Positions 25,084-35,054 of a stretch of 64,000 nucleotides of DNA are shown here, one piece after another. The translations under genes were made by a program, and so were the position numbers. Under the pieces are notes generated by a model. It was given only the letters and a program-made list of their open reading frames with translations, did no database searches and was not told the DNA's origin. The first letter of the stretch is position 1; each line of letters begins with the position of its first letter. The DNA comes from Octopus sinensis (lineage: Eukaryota): contig NC_043005.1 in NCBI RefSeq assembly GCF_006345805.1, forward strand, positions 78,678,001 through 78,742,000, in the 5' to 3' direction.

Positions 25084-25190
25084 ATTTCTTACTGATGATT
25101 CTAAGGGCCTATGGAAGATTGGCTTGATTTAATTTAATCAGGTTAGTTTACCATTAAACAGTAGATGAAACGGTGCATCGTATAAGAAAT
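25084..25190 (+). ncRNA. Type I hammerhead, array unit R3 (consensus; predicted GUA cleavage after 25182)
   Basis: ATTTCTTA 25084-25091 pairs with TAAGAAAT 25183-25190; CTGATGA 25092-25098; GAAA 25167-25170. Confidence 0.88.
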
Positions 25191-25568
25191 TACAGGGTAA
25201 ATGTTTTTTAATTTTCTTCTGGTTACGGATTGATGTTTATTTGCGGTTGAAGCTTTGGCTGTTATTTCTAGTGGGTGAATGGCCTATTATGGCCGTTCCT
25301 TGATTGTGATGTTAAACTTAAAAATGGTCTATGACTATTTAATTTTTTCCCACTAGGCCGCGGTGGCAAAAAAATTCTACAAAATTTTTTGCCACCCTAT
25401 ATTGATTAATTATGAATTTTCTGGTTAGTTCCGTAATGGAATCGGCGGCTTATATTTATTTGCTGCCGATAAATTGGCGCGCGAGTGCGATGATTTTGAA
25501 ATTTTAGGTCAGATATTGCCGAAGCCGGGTCGGAAATGCCTCGTGAAAATATCTGTTCCGACTTGGCT

Positions 25569-25675
25569 ATGTCTTACTGATGATTCTAAGGGCCTATGGA
25601 AGATTGGCTTGATTTAATTTAATCAGGTTAGTTTACCATTAAACAGTAGATGAAACGGTGCATCGTATAAGAAAT
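25569..25675 (+). ncRNA. Type I hammerhead, array unit R4
   Basis: CTGATGA 25577-25583, GAAA 25652-25655, GUA ending at 25667; one mismatch in stem I. Confidence 0.85.
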
Positions 25676-26043
25676 TACAGGTAAATGTTTTTTTAATTTT
25701 CTCCTGGTTTACGGAATTGATGTTTATTTGCGGTTGAAGCTTTGGCTGTTATTTCTAGTGGGTGAATGGCCTATTATGGCCGTTCCTTGATTGTGATGTT
25801 GAACTTAAAAATGGTCTATGACTATTTAATTTTTTCCCACTAGGCCGCTGGTGGCAAAAAAATTCTACAAAATTTTTTGCCACCCTATATTGATTAATTA
25901 TATATAGATATATATATTTGCATATACATACATGTGCTTGTGTATATATGATATATATATTGATATAGTTAGGTTACTCACATTCTCTGACACCCAAATT
26001 TATGATGATGATGGTGGAGGTGTTTTTTGTTGATGTAACTGTT

Positions 26044-26074
<31 letters not shown>

Positions 26075-26533
26075 GGTGAGAGAGCAGTGCATGCCATCAA
26101 AGTAACACTGGGGTAAAATATACGAAGCCCAATATACCCACCCATCATGACTACCCGTCTGATAAGGGTACACCATGTACATGCATCACAACCATATGTG
26201 CGCGACATGGTGATCTCATATCAAGATAAACAGCACATGACCTTGCAGGTGGGGCCCAGTTAGAATTTTCTTCAGGTTGAGTAGCCCATCCCGCTCAAAC
26301 GGTCCCTGAATAAGGGTTGTTTAAGGATGTTGAAAGAACCACCCATGTTTCCAGAGGTGAATTATTCAAACCCCAAAGAGCCCTCTCAAAACATGGCTAT
26401 GATGCTCCCCCACTACTTCTGCTCGTGATCAGAGATGCACATATCGTCAGCCACTAAGGGACATGCTCAACTGGTTAAGGTCAAACAACTGACAAGCAAA
26501 TTTGTGGTATTGAGCAGAATATTTGCTGTAGCC

Positions 26534-26537
<4 letters not shown>
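26075..26537. repeat. Unclassified complex-sequence interspersed element bounded by (ATT)n tracts
   Basis: About 460 bp, higher GC, no credible ORF, triplet-repeat flanks; possibly a LINE UTR. Confidence 0.35.
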
Positions 26538-26590
<53 letters not shown>

Positions 26591-26839
26591 CATTATTATC
26601 AAGGCGGCGAGCTGGCAGGGAATCAAGCGCGTCTGACGAAATGCTTTGCGGTATTTCGCCCGTCGCTACGCTCTGAGTTCAAAATTCACCAAGGTCGACT
26701 TTATCTTTCATCCTTTCGGCGAGAGGAACACTGAGATCGATATAATCGACTCACCCCCTTCAAATCACTGCCCTTGTGGCAAAATTTGAAATCATTATTA
26801 TCATTGTTGTTGTTATCATCGTCATCATCATCATCATCA

Positions 26840-26870
<31 letters not shown>

Positions 26871-27274
26871 CATTATTGTTATTATTATTGTTATTATTAT
26901 CATTAAGGTACCGAGCTGGCAGAATCATTAGCACGCCGAGCGAAAAGCTTAGCAGTGTTTCGTCTGCCGCTACGTTGTGAGATCAAATTCCGCCGAGGTC
27001 GACTTTGCCATTCATCCTTTTTTTATTGCTAAGCAACAGCTAACGTCGGTTTCAGTAGATTTGTTGACAAAGGGCTTCGTAGATTTAATTCCAAGTTCTG
27101 AATGATGTCTCATCTCTTTCATGTCACTAACATAATGTGAGTGTTTGTGTTTGTCCAGGCCTGTACATCTACATCTTACTCTGATTAATTAGGATTTCCG
27201 TTAGCTCTACCTACACTGGAGAAAGCAACTTACCTGACGCTATATACAGCCAAAATGAACACAAATGTACTTCA

Positions 27275-27308
27275 GTCCGACAAAGGTTAGCAGCCCGAAA
27301 CGTCGAAC
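27275..27308 (+). ncRNA. Decayed minimal hammerhead-like motif
   Basis: gt CCGACAA a ggtt agc agcc c GAA ACGT C gaac; stem I poorly preserved. Confidence 0.45.
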
Positions 27309-27465
27309 TTTCTTTCAGACTCCTTGTTGTAAAAGCAAAATAAACATGTACTCAAAAGAAGTGTTGAGAAATTTTCAGCTTAATCTCAAACAGTTCTATT
27401 AAACACGTAAACATGTTTTTAACTTGACTTAGAAATTAACATTACTACATATACATGGATACGTA

Positions 27466-27504
<39 letters not shown>

Positions 27505-27565
27505 TATAAACTATATATTTAACTATACATATATGTATATATGTATATGTATATATATATATGTG

Positions 27566-27616
<51 letters not shown>

Positions 27617-27866
27617 TGCTATAACGTTAAACTGTCGATTGTCCAAATTTGGTCAAATGCCTTTTTGTCAATATTTATCGTTGCTTGCAGTAGCCGGTTC
27701 TTTTGGTCAAACTATCGTATCTCCAGCTGCGTCAGATACCACGATATCAAATATTGTAAAAGTGTAGTAGAATGGTTTTGCTATGGAACGGTGAAACAAT
27801 TTTTTCCTTTACTGAAAAAGTACCGTTCTGGACTTACGACACTTTAGCATAATGCCCGGTATATAT

Positions 27867-27922
<56 letters not shown>

Positions 27923-27952
27923 CACATACATATATATACATACATACATACA

Positions 27953-27988
<36 letters not shown>

Positions 27989-28011
27989 TGAATATCTATT
28001 TCTATATGTTT

Positions 28012-28088
28012 GTACCACAAAACCTGACTTGAAAATGACTTAACAGCTTCTATCACGTGGTGCTATTGAGTTAGACATGGCTTAGGTC

Positions 28089-28090
<2 letters not shown>
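28012..28090 (+). mobile_element. 3' UTR fragment of the CR1/L2-like LINE
   Basis: Aligns with 42607-42680 (GTACCACAAAAC...GTGGTGCTATTGAGTTAGACA). Confidence 0.65.
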
Positions 28091-28176
<86 letters not shown>

Positions 28177-28209
28177 CTGTCTGTCGCTGTATATATCCCC
28201 CTCCCCCCC

Positions 28210-28252
<43 letters not shown>

Positions 28253-28422
28253 AGAAGAAATATATGTGATCCGTGACGACAAATTTTTCCGGTCAAGTCT
28301 CAGCTTTTATTTTTAATCCCATTAATACCCCGTAGTTGCGTGATCACAAGAGGTCCCATGTGGTCTGCGGACGGCTTTAATATAATATAAAGGCCAAATC
28401 AATAACGGGAGAAAAGAACATC

Positions 28423-28611
28423 GGTTTGAACTTGGTATTCTTTTATCTAAGCTGTTACATAGGTTTCAGCATTCGTGAAGTGTTTGGCTTGATTATGCAT
28501 GCGATCCTTGTGAGGTACATCTAACAATTGCATTCATGGAGTAGCGTCATATGTTACCGAATACGGAAGCATATGTGACGCATGAAATATAGAATTACCA
28601 AGTTCAAATCC
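28423..28611. mobile_element. Small fold-back/MITE-like element
   Basis: Imperfect inverted ends GGTTTGAACTTGGTATTC and GAATTACCAAGTTCAAATCC. Confidence 0.45.
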
Positions 28612-29068
28612 ATGTTCTTGTCCCCCTTTACACACACACACACACACATTTGTACACACAAATGGAGAAGCGAGAGACGGGCATATATATGTATATATGT
28701 ATATGTATGTATTTATATTATATATATATATTTATATATAATATATATATACATATATTATATATCTATGTATGTATATATATATATTATTATATATATA
28801 TATAATATAATATATATATATAAAATGAGATAGGGGTTGAAAATTCAACCCACCAGGGGATAATATATATCCAATATACTGCTAGATAGGTACCCAACAA
28901 GACTAATACATAGATGTTAAAAATTGCCAAACAATCAGTTCATCTATTGTATTATATGGGTAAAGGTAATAATATTACCGTAAATTAATACTACAAATAG
29001 AAAATGGAGAAACATACTTAATCAATAAAACATCAACTATCAGATGATACCCAATCAATACTTTATTT

Positions 29069-29100
<32 letters not shown>

Positions 29101-29502
29101 GTATGATATATATATATATATATAATAATATATATATATATTACATACAAATACATACAAAAGAACAAAACATCCAGACAGACGAGACAAGGAAAACAAG
29201 GACGCGTCATTCCGAGTTTTCTATCCTCAGTCGAGTTCCAGATTATCTTTACAATTTCGGCTAGTTATACTCGAGATTGCTCCAATCGTTAGCACTTAGC
29301 GTTATTTCGTCTGTCTGTACGTTCTGAGTTCAAATTCCACCGAGGTCAACTTTGCCTTTCATCCTTTCGGGGTCGATACATTAAGTACCAGTTGCGTACT
29401 GGCGTCGATCTAATCGATTGACCCCTCCCCCAAAATTTCGGGCCTTGTACGAAAAGTAGAAAACATTATTTCTCCTTCTCACATCTTTATACTAAAGCAA
29501 TT

Positions 29503-29976
29503 CAGTTCTATATTTAAGAGATGAGAAATTATGTACATTATTTAAATTTGATGGATATTTGTCCTCATATTGTTTGTTGTTAATAAAAGGTTTCGGCTGA
29601 TATACCTTCCAGCCATCATTATGTGTCTTGGGGAAATTTCGAACCTGGGTTCTCATTCCTAAGGTAGTTTTCGATGCTATTATTATTATTATCATTATTA
29701 TTATTATGATTCAGGTCACTGCCTGGAGTCAAACTCGAGTATCTCGGGGTTAGTAGCTCACGCTCTTAACCACTATGACATATGCCCGTGGGCATATGGT
29801 GTAGTGGTTGATATTAATAACATCGAAAAATACCTTAGGAATGAGAACCCAGGTTCGAAATTTTCCCAAGACACCTGATGAAGGCTGGGGGCTACATCAG
29901 CCGAAACGATGTGTTAACAACAAGATGAGGATAAATATCCGTCAAATGTAAATAATGTAAATAATGTAAATGATGT
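29503..29976. mobile_element. Palindromic tRNA-head plus hammerhead SINE-like element, copy 2
   Basis: Central hairpin ATATGCCC-GT-GGGCATAT; minus arm with head, (AAT)n and tail; plus arm with shortened head and tail. Confidence 0.82.
29870..29915 (+). ncRNA. Type I hammerhead motif, single defect at U16.1
   Basis: gacac CTGATGA a ggctgg gggctaca tcagcc GAA ACGA T gtgtt; the mirror copy at about 29585-29627 (minus) is more decayed. Confidence 0.78.
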
Positions 29977-30599
29977 AGAGCTATTCTGTCTTACTTTTTT
30001 CGGTGGTAGCAGCATTAAGTATATAGAAGCAATACAACATCTAGGACGAAGGTTCAAATCCAGTTTAAGTTTGATGATTTCTCTTTCACCATAGCATTTG
30101 CAGAACAGTGAGGTTTTTTGCCATCGTCCATGTAAATTTTAAACGCTTTGAATTATAGATTTAAAATATAAATTGCTTTACATTAAAAATTAATAAAGAT
30201 AGTAAAATGAAGGTGTGGAATTGTAGTAAAAAAACTTAAAAAAAAGATCGGCTAAAAATCCTTCGAGGCGATGCCCCAGGATGGCCGCAGTCTAATGGTA
30301 GAAATAAGTAAAAGATAAAAGGTAAACACAACGTAACACAGTAATGTTTAACTGAATTCGATCTTTTTACACACTGGTTTGAACTGAAGCGTGAAAATAA
30401 CTACTGATAAGAACGAAAAGTAAGACAAAGTGATGCAAGCCTGTAAAGAAAGGAAAGGAAAATGATATAAATAAATAACAGCCCCCCCCCCCCCAAAAAA
30501 AAGCAAAATAACAGCCAAAGAAAAGAAAGAAACAAAGAGAAAATAATATATACAGAAAATTGCGGGGCAGGGACAGCCAATTATATCGACACTAGTGCT

Positions 30600-32570
30600 T
30601 GACAGCCATTGGCACGTATTTCATGGACTTCGAAAGGATGAAAGGCAAAGTCGACCTCGGCGGAATTTGAACTCAGAACGTAACGGCAGACGAAATAGGG
30701 CCGGGTGAAATGTGTACCCGTATTTCGTCTGCCGTTACGTTCTGAGTTCAAATTCCGCCGAGGTCGACTTTGCCTTTCATACTTTCGGGGTCGATTAAAT
30801 AAGTACCAGTTACGCACTGGGGTCGATGTAAACGACTTAATCCCTTTGTCTGTCCTTGTTTGTCTCCTCCGTGTTTAGCCCCTTGTGGGTAATAAAGAAA
30901 TATGTAAAGACGGACGAAATGTCGCGAAGCATTTTACCCGTGGTTTTAACAATTCTGCCAGTTAACCGCTTTTAATAATTCTTTCTTCTGTAGGCACAAA
31001 GCCTGAAATATTGCAGGAAGAGGCTACATAATTCATCGGCCCCCGAATTGATTAAAGGCAAAGTCAGTCCCACTTGAATTTGAGCTTAGATTATAAGGAG
31101 GAAGAAAATGTCACTAAGCATTTTGTCAGGCGTGCTAACGGTTCTGCCAGCTCGCCACCATTAACAATCTTTTCTACTCTAGGCACAAGGCCCGAAATTT
31201 TTGGGGAGGGAGCCAGTCGATTAGATCGACCCTAGTATCGACTGGTACTTAATTTATCGACCCAGAACGTATGAAATGTAAAGTCGACCTCGGTGGAATT
31301 TGAACTCACAATGTTAAGACAGACGAAATACCTATTTGTTTACTGTCCAGAAGGGGCTACACACAAAGGGGACAAACAAAGACAGACAAACGGATTAAGT
31401 CGATTATATCGACTCCAGTGCGTAGCTGGTACTTATTTAATCGACCCCGAAAGGATGAAAGGCAAAGTCGACCTCGGCGGAATTTGAACTCAGAATGTAG
31501 CGGCAGACGAAATACTTATTTCTATTTCTTTACTACCCACAGGGGGCTAAAAACAGAGAGGACAAACAAGGACAGACAAACGGATTAAGTCGATAATATC
31601 GACCCCAGTGCGTAACTGGTACTTATTTAATCGGCCCCGAAAGGATCAAAGACAAAGTCGACCTCGGCGGAATTTGAACGTAGCGGCAGACGAAATACCG
31701 CTAAGCATTTCGCCCAACGTGCTAACGTTTCTGCCAGCTCATCGTCTTTCACCACCTTTAATAGTGATAATAATAAGTCCTTCTTCTAGAGGAATAAAGC
31801 TGAAATTTTGTAGAAGGGAGCAAGTCCATATCATCGACCTCTTGTCCTCAGCTTGTGATTATATTAGAGACCCTGAAAAGAGGAAAGGCGAATTCAGTGC
31901 GTTTAGACGGACGAAACGAATTTTGTCCGACGTACAAATGGTTCAGCCAACTCACCGCTTTAGAAAGGACGGTAATAATCGTTTCTACTCTGGGCACAAG
32001 GCCCGAAATTTTTGGTGGAAGGGAGCACTCGATTATATCAGCCCCAGTACGTGACTGGTACTTAATTTATCGCCCCACCCCGAAAGGATGAAAAGCCAAG
32101 TCGACCTCGGTGGAATTTGAATGGACGGTAATAATTCAAGTAGATAGTATGATTACATTTTTAATGAGAAATTAAGAGGGTTGCTAGGGCGGCGAGCTGG
32201 CAGAACCATTAGGATACCGAGGGAAATGATTAGCGGTATTTCGGCTGCCGTTACGTTCTGAGTTCAAATTCCGGCGAGGACGACTTTGCCTTTCATCCTT
32301 TTGGGGTCGATTAAATAAGTACCAGTTACGCACTCAGGTCGATATAATCGACTTAATCCGTTTGTCTGTCCTTGTTTGTCCCATCTGTGTTTAACCCTTG
32401 TGGGTAGTAAAGAAATAGGTATTTCGTCTGCTGCTACTTTCTAAGTTCAAATTTCACCAAGGTCGACTTTGTCTTACATCCTTTCGGGGTCGATTAATTA
32501 AGTACAAGTAACACATAGGGGTTATTGTAATCGATTAACCCCCTTCCCCACCAAATTTTCAAGGCGTTGT
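30600..32570. mobile_element. Dense cluster of Meta-domain SINEs and multimers in both orientations, with a head-to-head palindrome at 30631-30787
   Basis: Repeated family consensus; near-perfect 67-bp inverted arms around a 23-bp spacer. Confidence 0.85.
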
Positions 32571-32781
32571 GCTCAGAGTGAAATTAATTAAAAGGGTTGC
32601 TTAAGGACTGCTATTTCACAGAGAAGGGGCCTGGCTACGTGGTAGAATGTTTATTTGCGAAACAGATATATGTTTCATCCACGTGAAAAAAAAACTTCCA
32701 TGTCAGAAAAGATACTCATGCTTTTCATTCATGTTTGAGTCTGTCTGTGTGCGTATGTATGTGCGTGTTTTTGCGTGTGAG

Positions 32782-32814
<33 letters not shown>

Positions 32815-32844
32815 TATATATATTTATTCTCTTTTTTCTCTTTT

Positions 32845-33412
32845 ACTTGTTTCAGTCTTTTGACTGCGGCCATGCTGGAGCACCGCCTTTAGTCGAGCAA
32901 ATCGACCCCAGGACTTATTCTTTGTAAGCCCAGTACTTATTCTTTCGGTCACTTTTGGTTGGCTAGCAAGCTACTTACCACACAGCCACTCCTGCGCCTA
33001 TATATTATTATATATTATTTTTTTAGACATTTGACTGCCGCATCGCCGTAAAGAGTGTTTGTCAAACAAATCGACCTCAGGACTTATTCTATATTAGAAA
33101 ACATTTGGTTAGTACTTATTTTCGCGCACTCTTTTACCGAACCGACAAGTCATCAGGAAGTGAATACACCAACACCTTTTGCCATGGGGTGGTGGAGGAC
33201 AAACACGGACACACACACACTCACAAACACTTCATTTCTTTTACCTGTTTCAGTCATTTGACTGCGGCCATGCTGGAAGGTTATAGTCGAAGAAATCGAT
33301 CCCAGGACTTATTCTATAGCAGAAAACATTATTCCAAGGTACCACGCAGTGGGACTGAGACCGGAACCATATGGATGGGAGGCTAGTTTCTGACCACAAG
33401 CCACACCTGCGC
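32845..33412 (-). mobile_element. CORE-like long SINE copies
   Basis: GACTGCGGCCATGCTGGAGCACC and GGGACTGAGACCGGAACCAT motifs. Confidence 0.75.
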
Positions 33413-33459
33413 CTATATATTTACACACACACACACACATGCACTCACATATGTGTGTG

Positions 33460-33665
33460 CGTTGCCCGTGTTACATAGTGTTTTTGCCTATGACACTCCC
33501 TGGACCCTAAGTAAGGTATGCGTAAAATTTGAATGAAATTGGTTATGTAGTTCTCAAGTTTTGGGATTCACACAGACAGACATACATTCTCAGTTTTATG
33601 TAATATATATATAAAACTGAGAATGTATGTCTGTCTGTGTGAATCCCAAAACTTGAGAACTACAT
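33460..33665. mobile_element. Helitron-like terminal fragment whose last 55 bp are duplicated as a perfect inverted repeat
   Basis: Arms 33545-33599 and 33611-33665 around GTAATATATAT; ACAGACAGAC...TTTTAT is typical of non-autonomous Helitron ends. Confidence 0.65.
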
Positions 33666-33812
33666 GTATATATGTATATATATATATACACACACATATA
33701 CATATATAAATATAATATATATATGTATGTATATATCTATATATATATGTATATATGTATGTATATAGTATATATATGTGTATATATATGTAAATATATA
33801 TGTATATATGTG

Positions 33813-33843
<31 letters not shown>

Positions 33844-34029
33844 GTATATGTATATATGTATATATATATATGTATATATGTATATATGTATATATGTATA
33901 TATATATATATGTATATATATATATGTGTGTGTATGTATATATATGTATATATGTATATACATATATATATATGTATATATGTATATTTGTATATATGTA
34001 TATATATATATTTATATATATGTATATAT

Positions 34030-34575
34030 ATATAATAACTTAGAATAACTTAGAAAGGTTTGGCCAGTATTGGCCCAGGCGATGTCTAACTTAATAGCAC
34101 CACCTGGCGAAGTCTTTTCAGTTCAGGATTTGGGCACCAAGGCCCATTCGAGCAGAGAGTTATTGTTTGCGGAGACATATCCGGGGTGGTGGTTTGTCCG
34201 GTACTGTTTGAAGGAATTTGTCCAAAGACTTCTTGAATTTTGTGTGGTCAGTTTCTTTTGACGTGTCCTGGTGTAATGTTGAAGAGAGCGGGTCCATTGA
34301 GGTGAAATAGTTGTGCCGTATTGTCGTTATGTGATGCGATTTAGATTTTTGTTGTGGACGGATGCACGTGGGTCCAAGCCTTGGATGCATTTTGAAGGTG
34401 ATGCAACATCATTCGGACAGTGCTGATGGAATATTTTCCACTCATACAGATATGTAGCGTTCACGGGCGTCGTTGGAGTGAATACAATTCAGCTTCTCTA
34501 GTCTACCCCAGTAGTCAAGGTCTGACATGCCATCTATCTTTTTTGTGATTGACCTTGGGGAGCTTCAATTCTCTA
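34030..34575 (-). pseudogene. 3' end of a CR1/L2-group LINE (ORF2 C-terminus, 3' UTR, TCTAAGTTAT tail)
   Basis: KFKKSLDKFLQTVPDKPP motif; tail shared with 42470-42725. Confidence 0.7.
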
Positions 34576-34868
34576 TATGTATATATATATATATATATGT
34601 ATATATATAGTATACATATTTGTATATATATATTATATATATATATGTATATATATAGTATATATATGTATATATATATATATTTATATATGTATATATA
34701 TATATGTATATAATATGTATATATATATGGTTATCGGTGTATTTTGTCGAACCGCTAGGTTAAGGGGTCACAAACACGCCAGTATCAGTTTTCAAATGAT
34801 GGCAGAGGGAAAAACACAGACACCCCCACGCACACATAATGAGCACATACATATACAACGTGCTTCAT

Positions 34869-34968
34869 NNNNNNNNNNNNNNNNNNNNNNNNNNNNNNNN
34901 NNNNNNNNNNNNNNNNNNNNNNNNNNNNNNNNNNNNNNNNNNNNNNNNNNNNNNNNNNNNNNNNNNNN
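34869..34968. other. Assembly gap (100 N)
   Basis: Run of N. Confidence 1.
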
Positions 34969-35007
34969 GAAAACACCCATTTCGTCCAGTGTCGCCTTCT
35001 CTCGGGA

Positions 35008-35054
35008 ATCTCAGATATCGATGTTTCGAGTTTATTGACTCTTGTCGGTGAGAT
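35008..35054 (-). ncRNA. Minimal type I hammerhead motif with CCGACAA core
   Basis: atctca CCGACAA gagt caataa actc GAA ACATCGATAT C tgagat; 6-bp stem I, 4-bp stem II, near-palindromic stem III. Confidence 0.7.

Larger units (their letters stand above)
22944..25901. repeat. Tandem array of ~484-bp hammerhead-containing units (retrozyme-like satellite) with an internal inversion at 23823-23824
   Basis: Unit starts 22944 and 23430 (one orientation); 23823, 24305, 24786, 25269, 25756 (opposite). No ORF of 60 aa or more. One HHR per unit; flanked by (TA)n. Confidence 0.92.

Noticed and set aside
22944-25901. Array as a CRISPR array, Helitron tandem array, rDNA spacer or mitochondrial insertion
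   Set aside because: Units are near-identical without unique spacers. Hairpin-plus-CTAG motifs occur, but array ends do not match TC/CTAG termini. No rRNA or mitochondrial similarity is recognisable. The complete HHR explains the unit better.
26075-26537. CTGACGA and CTGAAGA on the minus strand; possible HDV-like ribozyme
   Set aside because: No correctly placed GAAA and closing stems, and I could not assemble a nested double pseudoknot by eye.
28455-28530. Possible decayed hammerhead within the 28423-28611 fold-back
   Set aside because: Only GAAACCTATGTA is suggestive; no credible core or stem I.
29160-29290. CTGAGGA and GAAA motifs in a repeat fragment
   Set aside because: Order and pairing do not give stems I-III.
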